Of a stretch of 31,761 nt of DNA, positions 1-10,204 are shown one piece after another. The number at the start of each line of letters is the position of its first letter. Within the stretch, counting starts at the first letter, position 1. The notes under the pieces were generated by a model. The model did not search any database and had not been told where the DNA came from. It saw only the letters and a program-made list of their open reading frames with translations. The DNA is from an uncultured archaeon (GTDB lineage: Archaea > Asgardarchaeota > Lokiarchaeia > Sigyniarchaeales > Promethearchaeaceae). Where the stretch lies: contig CAYRPF010000011.1 of assembly GCA_964426185.1 (NCBI GenBank), forward strand, positions 1 through 31,761, read 5' to 3'. The position numbers were made by a program, and so were the translations under genes.

Positions 1-25
1 TCCATTCAATTCCATTTTTACACAA

Positions 26-1150
26 TCATTTTATTTTAATCAATTCGTAGCTTGTGGTTCCCATACCTAACTTTTCACTATAACTGAATTGAATATCTCC
101 CCGAGTTTCCTTATGTACCCCCAAAAATTTATCTTCTCCAGGATTATAATTGCTTTCCATTCGTGAATCTTGGCTTCCTTGCTGTTTATTAACTAAATCA
201 TAGCATGCTTTATCTAATGCCACCGGATCTGTCGATGCAAGAATTCCTATGTCTTTCACTATTGGAATTTCAGATAGGTTATAACAATCACATTCAGGAG
301 TAATGTTAATAACGAAATTAATAAAGCCCATCTTCTTCTGGTGGATTTTCCATACACCATAGGCATATTCTATCAATCTTTCGGTGAATTCTGCAATGTC
401 GCTCTCCCAATTAAATGCCAAAGCACCTTCTGGACAGTATCTTATGCAATCACCGCATCCAACACAAGCGTCTTTATCCACGGTGTATTTTCCTTCAACA
501 ATCTCGATAGCGTCTGCAGGACAATGATTTTTGCAAACCCCACACCCCACACATTTTTCAATTTCAGGTAAATAAGGTCGTACATTATGCTGCTCCTTCT
601 TGCCTTGCACACTAGCACATCCCATCCCTATATTTTTTAAGGTACCTCCAAATCCTGCCATCATATGTCCTTTAAAATGGGATGAGAAAATAACTGCATC
701 AGCATTTACCAAATCTGAAGCAATTTTTACCTTCTTAAAATGCTTTTGATTGATCTCCACTTCGGTGTAATTTTTTCCCGTTAATCCATCGGCAATTACT
801 ACCGGAGCACCTATTGTAGCATAGGTAAAACCGTGAAGAATTGCAGTATAGATATGATCAACAGCATTACGACGTTTTCCCCGGTATAGAGTGTTAGTAT
901 CAGTTACAAAGGGTTTTGCTCCAGCTTCACGAATTTTTGCAACGATAGATGCAATATACCATGGAGGAATAAAAGTAGAGTTACCCATTTCTCCAAAATG
1001 GACCTTAATTGCGGTTAAATCCCCCTTTTTCAAAAATGAATTGAATTCAGCAGCATCAAACAGTCTTTGAATTTTCAGATGCATCTGATCTTCTTCATCT
1101 TCTACATCTAACCCGATAAAATATACTTTACTTTGATTACAATTATTCAT
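26..1150 (-). CDS. DUF362 domain Fe-S protein with 2x[4Fe-4S] ferredoxin insert
   Basis: KVHFGEMGN, TDTNTLY, SHFKGHMMAGFGGTLKNIGMGC and ITPECDC motifs typical of DUF362; two CxxCxxCxxxCP motifs (CVGCGVCKNHCP, CVGCGDCIRYCP). Confidence 0.85.
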   Translation of the reverse strand: MNNCNQSKVYFIGLDVEDEEDQMHLKIQRLFDAAEFNSFLKKGDLTAIKVHFGEMGNSTFIPPWYIASIVAKIREAGAKPFVTDTNTLYRGKRRNAVDHIYTAILHGFTYATIGAPVVIADGLTGKNYTEVEINQKHFKKVKIASDLVNADAVIFSSHFKGHMMAGFGGTLKNIGMGCASVQGKKEQHNVRPYLPEIEKCVGCGVCKNHCPADAIEIVEGKYTVDKDACVGCGDCIRYCPEGALAFNWESDIAEFTERLIEYAYGVWKIHQKKMGFINFVINITPECDCYNLSEIPIVKDIGILASTDPVALDKACYDLVNKQQGSQDSRMESNYNPGEDKFLGVHKETRGDIQFSYSEKLGMGTTSYELIKIK

Positions 1151-1214
1151 TAACGCTCACGGAACTATCAACCATTTACCCTATAAAAATATTTCAAATT
1201 AGGAGATGTTGAGT

Positions 1215-2237
1215 TCATAAAAAGGTATATTTTGGAATTTTTAGAGGAATAAGATCTTCTACCTTGGGCATTGGTTCTAAAGTGCTGAAAATTGGATGGT
1301 TGTCCAACATTCGTAGGAAAAGCTGGCAGTTTTTCTGCGGGATTCGTACTCCAACTGCATTTGCATGACCACCTGCACTACCTCCTAATTTAATTGCGAT
1401 TTCGGGAACAATTTTGCGAAGATCGATCCGACGCCAACCGCGTATGGTAATGTCTACCAACAATCTCTTGGAATTTAAAGTACGAATTACCAATCCCAAA
1501 TGTTTGCCTGAATCGCCCAATATCCAGTGAGCAATTTTGGAGTAAGATAATGTAGGAGGATCTTGAACCCAAGCAATATTTTTTTCGGTGTGATATAATG
1601 AAAGAATGATGGGACGCCTTTCGTTATCACGCTTGGTAGCTTTAATCGCTGCTTGAATTAATTCAGGAATGTCAGTAGGGGCTTTGTGATGGCTAAAATG
1701 GTGAATTAACTCCCGAAGTTTATCATAATGATCTTTTTTTCCAATTTTTTTTAAACCTTGAGCCAATAATCCCGCATCTAAAAATAAAGTACGCCTCTCA
1801 TAATGATGCATTAAGCGTTGCATGAGAGGAGAATCATCTAAATAGTCGCAGATTGCTCCCAATAATGCGATATGATCCGCCCATCGAGGTAATTGATAAT
1901 AAAAATAACGATAAGTTAATTCAGTAGCCGAAACATTAAGATTATGAATGTTTACCACCTTTTCAGGTAAACCATCTAGTTGAATATGATGATCTATATA
2001 AGTAACCGAAAAATTTTCGCTAATTGCATTTAAAGTTTTAAATATTTCAGGATATGCTTTTTGATCGAGGGCAATATCACAAATGATTAAATCATCAGAA
2101 GGGATTGATTGTAGATCTCGCAGTAGTCCAGCCGGATGGCTGAAATATACGTACGCATCACAATATTCTTTTACCATTTTAACTAATGAAGCCGAACAAA
2201 TACCATCGGCGTCAAGATGAGTAATGATAGTTGTCAT
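1215..2237 (-). CDS. DHH/DHHA1 family phosphoesterase (RecJ/NrnA-like)
   Basis: Motifs THLDADG (I), IICDIA (II), YIDHH (III), GAICDY (IV) and C-terminal GGSAGGHANAVG (DHHA1). Start moved to ATG at 2237 (MTTIITHLDADG), because the 2432 start overlaps pan and adds 65 non-homologous residues. Confidence 0.85.
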   Translation of the reverse strand: MTTIITHLDADGICSASLVKMVKEYCDAYVYFSHPAGLLRDLQSIPSDDLIICDIALDQKAYPEIFKTLNAISENFSVTYIDHHIQLDGLPEKVVNIHNLNVSATELTYRYFYYQLPRWADHIALLGAICDYLDDSPLMQRLMHHYERRTLFLDAGLLAQGLKKIGKKDHYDKLRELIHHFSHHKAPTDIPELIQAAIKATKRDNERRPIILSLYHTEKNIAWVQDPPTLSYSKIAHWILGDSGKHLGLVIRTLNSKRLLVDITIRGWRRIDLRKIVPEIAIKLGGSAGGHANAVGVRIPQKNCQLFLRMLDNHPIFSTLEPMPKVEDLIPLKIPKYTFL

Positions 2238-2319
2238 CGGAAATATAAGTAAAAAGATACCTTCACTTAAAAAATCTAAGCACTTAATTAAAAGTAAAGC
2301 GAAAAAAATTTGTATTTTT

Positions 2320-3435
2320 TTATGAATATACTGGCGCTGCAGGGCGACTTTCCCTAACTTTCCGAATGTATTTATCATAAGCGAATTTGAAATCTTCAGC
2401 CAACACGACTTTCCGATTTGAACGAATGGCATTCATACCCGCTTCAGTGCAAATGGACTTAATATCAGCACCAGAAAGGTTTTCCAATTGCATTGCCATT
2501 TTTTCCAAATTAACATCTTTTAATGGCATATTCCTAGTGTGAATCTTGAATATTTCCGCTCTACCTTTCGCATCCGGCAAACCTACCTTAATAATACGAT
2601 CAAATCGACCAGGTCGCAAAATTGCGGGATCCAAAATATCGGGTCGATTGGTAGCAGCAATAATTTTCACTTGATCTAAGGCATTGAATCCATCCATTTC
2701 AGCCAACAACTGCATTAGAGTTCGCTGCACTTCGCGATCGGAAACTTGAGAATCTTGGGTTCTTTTGGAAGCTACTGCATCAATCTCATCGATGAATAAT
2801 ACAGCCGGTGCTTTCTCTCGAGCCAAAGCAAACAATTCTCGCACTAATCGGGCACCCTCTCCAATATATTTTTGAATTAATTCTGAACCAACTAAACGAA
2901 TGAATGTGGCGTTGGTTGCATTTGCAACAGCTCGTGCAATAAGCGTTTTTCCCGTTCCCGGAGGTCCTTCTAAAAGAACACCATTGGGGGGTTCAATACC
3001 AATTATATCAAATAGTTCGGGATTTGTTAATGGTAATTCGACTACTTCTCTAAGCGTAAGAATAATATCATCCAAACCACCGATATCCTCGTAAGTTTCT
3101 TTTGGTCTTTCATCTAATTCCATACCAGCGACGAAAGCGTCCACATTAGGTGGGAGTATTTTCACAATTTTCAAGGTTTGCTGATCTACACCAACTACGT
3201 CTCCTGCCTTTAATGATTCAAAAGGACTTGCCACCAAGAAATCATTACCTGAGGGGGTGTGAATAACTGCAAAAGTATCATCCACTATCCGGGAAACCGT
3301 AGCGAGTAATAATGGAGTAACTGCCATCTTATTTATTCTTCTTTGCAGGCGATCCAACTCATTCCTATATCTATCTCGCTCTCTTAACGCCCGAGCTAGT
3401 TGTTCTCTGACTTTCTTTAATTCTGATTCAGACAT
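2320..3435 (-). CDS. pan: proteasome-activating nucleotidase (AAA+ ATPase)
   Basis: N-terminal coiled coil plus OB region, Walker A GPPGTGKT, Walker B LFIDEID, SRH AATNRPDILDPAILRPGRFDR, C-terminal HbYX motif (VYS); SD-like GAGGGTG upstream. Confidence 0.95.
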   Translation of the reverse strand: MSESELKKVREQLARALRERDRYRNELDRLQRRINKMAVTPLLLATVSRIVDDTFAVIHTPSGNDFLVASPFESLKAGDVVGVDQQTLKIVKILPPNVDAFVAGMELDERPKETYEDIGGLDDIILTLREVVELPLTNPELFDIIGIEPPNGVLLEGPPGTGKTLIARAVANATNATFIRLVGSELIQKYIGEGARLVRELFALAREKAPAVLFIDEIDAVASKRTQDSQVSDREVQRTLMQLLAEMDGFNALDQVKIIAATNRPDILDPAILRPGRFDRIIKVGLPDAKGRAEIFKIHTRNMPLKDVNLEKMAMQLENLSGADIKSICTEAGMNAIRSNRKVVLAEDFKFAYDKYIRKVRESRPAAPVYS

Positions 3436-3611
3436 AAATTTACACCCTCTTGTTTTTCATTAAAATAAACTCGATTCTGCACATAAGATCAAAACTAACC
3501 CTTTCTGAAAAAGTTTTGCTCAAGTTTTTATAACTTATTCACCCTATTTAAGTTATTTTTCATAATTTTTCCAATTTTTTTTTATAATTTTTCTTAATTC
3601 TTCACGGGAGA

Positions 3612-4822
3612 TTGAGCAAACATTGTAAGTTAATCTGCAAGCAATCCTTTGATTATCCTTCAGATTATCTAAATAAATTACTTTCAGAGCATTATCAAAG
3701 GAAATTTAATCTCAAATTGAAAAAATTCTCCGACGGAGTTCGAAAAAGACGTTTAGTGCCCCATCAGACGGATGTTGATAAATTTTTCAGGCGTTTATCC
3801 GAGAAAGATATTCATTTTATTTTCGGGAATATCTTAAATCGGCTCAATCAAGAGATCCGAAGGTGGACTATTAGAGGGTCGAAAATGCGCTTGCTGGTCG
3901 ATAACACAAAATATCCTTCCTACCTCAAGCTTCAGCCACCCATCGAGGTGGAAACATATAAACAACCGGTACTCGTAAATCGAGGTTGTTTTAAGGCATG
4001 GCACTTCAAGGATATGGGATGGCTTTATTTTCCGAATTCCATCTGCTTCAATAAAAGCAGTATCGTTCAAAACACATTGGAATCGCCGCAAAATGGCTAA
4101 AATTTCAAGGACTTAACCTTAGCTATGCATTAATGGATCGCAAATTTTACCGTGCTTCGCTGATTAAAGAATTAAAAGATCAAAAACTTCCAGTTTTAAT
4201 CCCAGCCAAAAAATTCTAGAAAGTAAAGAAGCATTTTGATTAATTTTTACTTGGTAAAAAGAAAATATGTGAAAATTACCTGTTTTCACAAACTCAAAAG
4301 ACAAAACGTTGGCCGAGTTCTGTCCATGTGCGCTTAGTTTTAACTGCACATGGAAGCCAATCTGCTTTGAAAATTCGTGCACGATTTCGTAGAAATCAGA
4401 TTAGTTTTGATGAAGCCATGCACGAAATTGAAGGGTTTTTTACAACTCTAAAACCTCGGCGAAATTTAGCTCGTTGGAGCCGTTGGCTTTCGAGAACCTA
4501 CAAAAAAAGATGGTTTGAAGAAACAAGGTTTCGAATGCTAAATGCGATCCATTAATCATTCAGAAATAGACATCCTTCTACTCAACTTGCTCAAATTTAT
4601 TTACGGGCCTATGTTTTCACAGAAAGCAACAGATTAATTATCGCATTAAAATCTGGAAAACTATTAAATGTATACCAATCAACCCTAAAAAGGATTATCG
4701 AAAGAAAGATGTTTGAAAATGTTAGAGAAAATGTATGGTTTTTACAAAAAGAAAAAAGGGGGTTATATTTTATGAGTAAATTTATAACCTTAAAGACTGT
4801 GATGAAAAAAAAGATGCTATAA
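3612..4822 (+). pseudogene. degraded DDE transposase (IS4/ISH3-like) remnant
   Basis: Frame 1 carries LLVDNTKYP (first D). After a frameshift near 3960 one frame carries YALMDRKFYRASLI (second D) and YKKRWFEETRFR (Y-x2-R-x3-E signature). In-frame stops at 3992, 4052, 4217, 4241 and 4553; final stop 4820-4822. No convincing terminal inverted repeats seen. Confidence 0.75.
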
Positions 4823-4935
4823 ATTTTTTGAGTTAAATATTAACCTACTCAATATTTACCTTTTATCGAGAGTATGAATTCCTCAAAATGTCTCTTAAAT
4901 TGGCTACATTTCTATCCTTCTCGTTTTAATTGTTA

Positions 4936-4950
4936 CGAAAAATATTTATT
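4936..4950 (+). promoter_or_regulatory. putative BRE/TATA promoter of ABC exporter
   Basis: CGAAAAATATTTATT shortly upstream of the 4983 start; resembles the CGAMMAAA..TTTWWWW elements before por, the second tfb and rpoH. Confidence 0.4.
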
Positions 4951-4982
4951 CGCTATATTTTTTCTATTATTATTATTACTCG

Positions 4983-7838
4983 TTGAAAAAGAAAATGATA
5001 TCAAAATTCCTTAGTATTCTTTTTTACAGGAAAAGACTAAATATTGTCTTAATATTTGGAATAATTTTTTCGATAAGTGGGCTCACAACTATTATCAATT
5101 CTGTAAATTACATTCAATCGAGTAACTTAAACAAGATTTATGAAGCAAATGAAGTCGATATTTATTATAAAAATGATATCCATGATTATAACAAGTTTAA
5201 TTCCCTAAATTTAGACATCTCAACCTCAATAAACATTGAATCTTGTTTTCAAGTACAAGTACTCACTTTAAAATACAATTATCAAAATTTGTTTCAAAAT
5301 TCTTTTCTTTCTAATGAAACTCAACAAGAAAAATTGGAATTTGATTCTTCTCTTACATTTTTCATGTTAGGTGTTGATTTTAATGATCCAAAGATTCAAA
5401 ACAGACTTGGTGATTTACTACAGAATAATTTCACCGACGATGAAAAAAATTATTATTTTTCACCAAGCATTATGAATAGATATGAGTTATCCAATGATAG
5501 TTCTATTTTACATTACATTTTCAGCGAGGACGATTTAAGTCCTATATTAGTTGCAAATATTACTTCATATAGATTGTTGAAAATAAAAGATGAATTCAAG
5601 TTTTTTCAATTATTTGGACTATCTGATTATTGGATGAACACTAACTGTGAATTGATTCTTATTGATTCTTCAATGCTTTTTAATCTCTATATTAATAAAA
5701 ACACTAGTAATGAATATTTTAAATATTGGAATCAAATCAATATTCGGTTCGATCGGTCAGACTTGGAGGTCAAAAATTATAAAAAAATAGAAAAATTAAT
5801 TCAAGAGGATTTTTCTAAAATAAAATTGTTTTTCACAGTAAATGGGATTAAATTTTATGATGATGATGCATATCTTCCATATTTCGGTCCTGATATTAAT
5901 ATATCACCTCTATTAAAGGCGATTCATGATTATAGAAAAACAAGTGAAAATTTTGAATTCATTGCAGTACTTATTTTTATTCCTGTATCTGTGATTTCTA
6001 TATGGTTTTTAGGATTAATTTATCAGCAATTCTTCTCCAATTTTAAAAAAAGTTGGATTCGTCTAAAAATAAATGGTCTTTCTCGAGATCGGTTAATTTT
6101 GTTTCTTTCAATTTACATTTTAATAGTTTCACTCATCTCTAGTGTTTTTCTAATGATCTTTTCAAATTTAATCGTCCAATTTATCGGAAATTTTTTACTA
6201 CAATCTTCTCTTCAAGTAGCTAATTTTGTAAATTTGCCTTTATTGTTCAACAATTTCTTCTTAACTTTTCTGCTAAGCACTACAATGGGTTTAAGCTCGA
6301 TGATAATTTTACTATTAAAAGAAAATAAAAGCAAAAAAAAAAATAAAATCATTAGATTAAATAAAATACAGTATCTTTCGATTTATTTAATATTAGTTTT
6401 AATAATATTTCTTCCAACTTCTTTTTCTTTTGAATTTTTTAAGCAAAACACGCAGTTTACTAAATTTATCTATGATTATTGGCCAATTATCACAATATTT
6501 TTTCCAATGGCCTTAATTAGTTTTATTTTTTTTACGATCGAGTTCTTATCTCAAGTTATCTTTAGAAATTCAGGTCTCATTTATAAGACTTTATCTAAAA
6601 ATTCATCTTTTTTAAAACTAGTAAAAAATGTTTTTTCTCCAAATAAAGAGAAGAAAAAGTTCCTTATCATATCTTCACTCGCTTTGCTTTTCATTTTTGA
6701 AGCGAGTATGATTAGTGAGTCTATTCAAACGCATGATAAATCCTTGAATATTCTTCGTTTTGGACAAGATACTGAAGGCCTCTCATTAGATGTTAACTTA
6801 TCAAATGATTCTCTTTCAAATTTTCTTCAAATCCAATCTTCAATTGCAAATTATCAAGGCTCTCTCTATTCGAGCGCGAATCACATGCTTTCATTAGGTA
6901 ATTGCGATTTGCAATACAATTCAAAGATTTATGGGGTGTCACTAATCGATATAAAAGAGTGGGAAGAATTCGAAAAATCAGAATTAGAAATTCTAAATCA
7001 GTGGTTTTCCATGGATTTTCGGCAAATTCTTTTAGAACTGGCTAAAAATAATACGGTGATTGTTTCTGAATCTTTTCTTGTCGATAGTGGAAAACAAATT
7101 GGTGATACCCTAGAAATTAACTATACAAATTATTTTAATGTTGAAACATCTCAAAGTCTTACCATTGTTGGATCATTTTCCCGATTTCCTCTTTTAATTC
7201 ATGCAGATTCATATGAACCGCATGTATTTACAGTGATATCAAGTAAAGATAATTTTTTAGATGGAGAGATCTCCATTTCATCAGTAGTGTATCATTTTTC
7301 AAGCCAAATTGATGTATATTCAACATTCAAAGAGATTTCGACTTTATATAAAGCTGTGGATCCATATGCTTCAGTCCAAATTAATAATAAGCTTTCATCA
7401 ATCTCAGATTGGAATGTTGTTCAAGTAAAATTTGATCTTGCTCGTGCACTAAAAATTATATTAATTAATTTTATCGTGATTTTTATTTGCAGTATTATGG
7501 TATTTCTCTATCAAGACATTAGCAATTCCCGAAGGGAATGGACATTATACCGAATTCGTGGATTATCTCAGGCGAAGATCAGAAGAAAGTATGTGCAACA
7601 ATATCTGCTTATCGCTCTAATTTCAGTGTTGATATCCGGATTAATTTCATACATTTGTGCATATGGAACGATAAATATATTAAATCTTTCAAATGGTTGG
7701 CTTCCATATTCACTAAAAGTCTCAATTTTTCAGTACAGCCTAATAATTTTAGGTAATTTCGGTGTTTTTTTGGGAGTGAGTGCATACTACTCACGAATCC
7801 TTTCGAAATGGACTGTAATCAGTTCCATTGAATTTTAA
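4983..7838 (+). CDS. ABC transporter permease, FtsX/MacB-type (duplicated module)
   Basis: Two repeats of TM helix, large extracellular domain and TM bundle; FtsX-like motifs WIRLKINGLSRDRL and REWTLYRIRGLSQAKI; adjacent LolD/MacB-type ATPase. Start uncertain (TTG 4983 or a nearby downstream ATG). Confidence 0.75.
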   Translation: MKKKMISKFLSILFYRKRLNIVLIFGIIFSISGLTTIINSVNYIQSSNLNKIYEANEVDIYYKNDIHDYNKFNSLNLDISTSINIESCFQVQVLTLKYNYQNLFQNSFLSNETQQEKLEFDSSLTFFMLGVDFNDPKIQNRLGDLLQNNFTDDEKNYYFSPSIMNRYELSNDSSILHYIFSEDDLSPILVANITSYRLLKIKDEFKFFQLFGLSDYWMNTNCELILIDSSMLFNLYINKNTSNEYFKYWNQINIRFDRSDLEVKNYKKIEKLIQEDFSKIKLFFTVNGIKFYDDDAYLPYFGPDINISPLLKAIHDYRKTSENFEFIAVLIFIPVSVISIWFLGLIYQQFFSNFKKSWIRLKINGLSRDRLILFLSIYILIVSLISSVFLMIFSNLIVQFIGNFLLQSSLQVANFVNLPLLFNNFFLTFLLSTTMGLSSMIILLLKENKSKKKNKIIRLNKIQYLSIYLILVLIIFLPTSFSFEFFKQNTQFTKFIYDYWPIITIFFPMALISFIFFTIEFLSQVIFRNSGLIYKTLSKNSSFLKLVKNVFSPNKEKKKFLIISSLALLFIFEASMISESIQTHDKSLNILRFGQDTEGLSLDVNLSNDSLSNFLQIQSSIANYQGSLYSSANHMLSLGNCDLQYNSKIYGVSLIDIKEWEEFEKSELEILNQWFSMDFRQILLELAKNNTVIVSESFLVDSGKQIGDTLEINYTNYFNVETSQSLTIVGSFSRFPLLIHADSYEPHVFTVISSKDNFLDGEISISSVVYHFSSQIDVYSTFKEISTLYKAVDPYASVQINNKLSSISDWNVVQVKFDLARALKIILINFIVIFICSIMVFLYQDISNSRREWTLYRIRGLSQAKIRRKYVQQYLLIALISVLISGLISYICAYGTINILNLSNGWLPYSLKVSIFQYSLIILGNFGVFLGVSAYYSRILSKWTVISSIEF

Positions 7839-7860
7839 AAAAAGAAAAAGAAGGAAACAT

Positions 7861-8730
7861 ATGATGCAAAAACAAACAGCTAAGAAAAACCAAAATGAGG
7901 TAAAAAATGAACCGAAAGTAATTTTAAAAGAAATTACAAAAGTCTATCAAAGAGGAAAAGTAAAAGTTACCGCAATAAATAAACTATCTGCCGAATTTTT
8001 TCCAGGAGAAATTTCCTTAATAATCGGACCAAGTGGGTGTGGTAAAACTACTCTACTAAAATCAATCGCCGGGATGATTGAAATTTCAGCAGGTTCGATT
8101 GAAGTTTACGGAAGATTAATTCAAGAAATGAATGAAAAGGAATTAGATATATATCGAGCAAAAGATTTAGGATATGTTTTTCAATTTTTCAATCTTATTC
8201 CTGAATTGACAGTAAGAGATAATATCGAATTACCTTTAGAAATTGCGAATTTTCCTAAAAATCAAAGGCAAAAAAGAGTAGAAGAATTATTGAAGATAAT
8301 TGAATTAGAAAACCGTCAAAATCATTATACTGATGAATTAAGCGGAGGACAACAACAAAAAGTCGCAATCGCAATGGCTCTTGCAAATAATCCTCGATTA
8401 ATTTTATGTGATGAACCAACTGGTGAACTTGATTCTTCTTCTAAAAAAAAAATCATGCAGTTGCTACATTCTATTATTCAAAAATTTCCAGAAAAAACAA
8501 TAATAATTGTTTCACATGATAATGAAATGCGCTATTTAGCAGATCGCATTTTTCACATCAGGGATGGAATGATTTCTTACATAGAAGTATTAAAAGATTA
8601 TGAAAAACAAAAGCTCCATGAATTTTTGTTAGGAAATATATCAATTTCAGAAACTCAAGATGAAATTGAGACTGAAATTAAGGAAACTATTTACTTCCTA
8701 TCTGAAAAATTGAAAAAAATAAAGAAATGA
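7861..8730 (+). CDS. ABC transporter ATP-binding protein (LolD/MacB family)
   Basis: Walker A GPSGCGKT, YVFQFFNL, signature LSGGQQQKV, Walker B ILCDEPTGELD, H-loop VSHD. ATG 7861 preferred over TTG 7828. Confidence 0.92.
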   Translation: MMQKQTAKKNQNEVKNEPKVILKEITKVYQRGKVKVTAINKLSAEFFPGEISLIIGPSGCGKTTLLKSIAGMIEISAGSIEVYGRLIQEMNEKELDIYRAKDLGYVFQFFNLIPELTVRDNIELPLEIANFPKNQRQKRVEELLKIIELENRQNHYTDELSGGQQQKVAIAMALANNPRLILCDEPTGELDSSSKKKIMQLLHSIIQKFPEKTIIIVSHDNEMRYLADRIFHIRDGMISYIEVLKDYEKQKLHEFLLGNISISETQDEIETEIKETIYFLSEKLKKIKK

Positions 8731-8877
8731 TGGATTTTCAAGTAAAAAAAATCGATCAAATGCCCCCAATAGTGTCTTCAAAGTTTATATAAATTTTTTT
8801 CGAGACTATGGTCCATTTTTTATCCCAGTGTTGGTATGTGGCAAGATAACTTGGACTAGTAGTGAAATTTAAGAATA

Positions 8878-9078
8878 GTCAGCATTAATTTTCAGTATTT
8901 CGATTAAATGCTACATGAGGGAATGCTTTCCCATATTTCAAGAACAATCACAAGTCTTTAAAAATTGTCAGCATTAATACCAACTACCATCAATATTCGG
9001 TGTAGAAATTTCTCTTTTATTCGACCGGGCTAATCGACCAAAATTTTTAATAAATGCAATTAAGTGTTAATGCAATTA
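8878..9078 (+). promoter_or_regulatory. por operon promoter with repeated candidate operator motifs
   Basis: GTCAGCATTAAT at 8878-8889 and 8967-8978; BRE/TATA-like CGACCAAAATTTTTAATA at 9035-9052; AATGCAATTA at 9053-9062 and 9069-9078. Confidence 0.45.
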
Positions 9079-9179
9079 CGGTTATGAGGAGATCGAATGC
9101 ACCAGTTAAATAGAGCAATTTCCCCAAAAATTATAGAATATTAAAGAAAAATAACTATAATTAAAATCAGTGAATTAAT

Positions 9180-9773
9180 ATGATTGAAATAATATTTTAT
9201 GGGCGCGGAGGAATGGGAGCAGTTACTGCTGGTAAAATACTTTCACAAGCCGCCATTTTCAGCAATAATTACCCTCATGTTTCCGCATTCCCCAGTTTCG
9301 GTACGGAACGAAGGGGTGCCCCTGTCATGGCATTTTGTAGAATTTCGGAAGAACCCATATGGATTCGCTCCCACATTCAAAAAGCCGATTACGCCATTGT
9401 ACTCGATGAAACCGTTTTTGGACAGCATGTAATCGATCGCATTAAAGATAAAGGTGCCCTTGTTCTAAATACTAACAAATGTCCTGAGGATGTGCGCCAG
9501 GAATACAACATTGACCCTGCCAAAATTACAGTAGTAACATGCGATTTAACCCAGATTGCTTTCGATCTGAAATTGACAAACCGCGAAAATCAACCCATCG
9601 TAAATACCAGCGTATTGGGTGTATTGGCCAAATCTTCTTTGAAAATTTCACTGGAAGATGCCAAAAAGGCTATCCAAGATATGTTCGGAACAAGCCCCAA
9701 AACTGATTTAAATATTAAGGCTGCTGAAAAAGCGGCAAAATCTGCACTGGTGGACGAAGTGCGAGCTGCTTAA
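9180..9773 (+). CDS. porC: pyruvate/2-oxoacid:ferredoxin oxidoreductase gamma subunit
   Basis: GRGGMGAVTA, FPSFGTERRGAPV, VLD, VNTSVLG; first gene of a gamma-delta-alpha-beta operon. Confidence 0.92.
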   Translation: MIEIIFYGRGGMGAVTAGKILSQAAIFSNNYPHVSAFPSFGTERRGAPVMAFCRISEEPIWIRSHIQKADYAIVLDETVFGQHVIDRIKDKGALVLNTNKCPEDVRQEYNIDPAKITVVTCDLTQIAFDLKLTNRENQPIVNTSVLGVLAKSSLKISLEDAKKAIQDMFGTSPKTDLNIKAAEKAAKSALVDEVRAA

Positions 9774-9832
9774 TACACCCACCAAAACACCAATTATGGA
9801 GTGAAAAAATAACTAAAAATGAAGTGATAAAT

Positions 9833-10204
9833 ATGGTTAGAACAGAACAAGACATTAAATTTGAAAGAAAAGTATCCCAAACGATATTAGCCTCCCAGCA
9901 GTCGGTTGCCATCGGTGAAGCGGGAAAAACCGGTGAATGGCGCACTATGCGACCAATTCTGCACACCGAAAAATGTTTGGTAGTCAAAACTGGCAAACTA
10001 TCTTGCAATTTATGCTGGATGTATTGCCCAGAAAACACCGTATCTCGGGCTATTCCGCCAGAATTCAATTATGATTATTGTAAAGGTTGCGGTATTTGTG
10101 CCAACGAATGCCCTGCCCATGCCATCGAGATGATCCCCGAAAAAGACGCACCCTCCAGTGTAGGTGAAGAAAGCGCCACAGGGGAAACAGGAGGTAAATT
10201 CTAA
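9833..10204 (+). CDS. porD: pyruvate/2-oxoacid:ferredoxin oxidoreductase delta subunit (2x[4Fe-4S])
   Basis: KTGEWRTMRP, CNLCWMYCPE, YDYCKGCGICANECP; ATG 9833 preceded by GAAGTGA (GTG 9824 is the alternative start). Confidence 0.9.
   Translation: MVRTEQDIKFERKVSQTILASQQSVAIGEAGKTGEWRTMRPILHTEKCLVVKTGKLSCNLCWMYCPENTVSRAIPPEFNYDYCKGCGICANECPAHAIEMIPEKDAPSSVGEESATGETGGKF

Noticed and set aside
2238-2432. N-terminal 65-aa extension of the DHH ORF
   Set aside because: Overlaps the pan 3' end and precedes DHH motif I; an ORF-caller artefact.
3600-4802. Possible IS terminal inverted repeats (CACGGG... / ...ACTGTG)
   Set aside because: Only about 4 matching bases and no target-site duplication seen.
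6333-6343. A11 run in the ABC permease (also A10 at 8443-8452) as a phase-variation tract
   Set aside because: Encodes Lys runs in very AT-rich genes; both frames are intact and similar runs occur elsewhere.
8878-8978. 12-bp direct repeats as a mini CRISPR array
   Set aside because: Only two short copies with a 77-bp gap and no cas genes.
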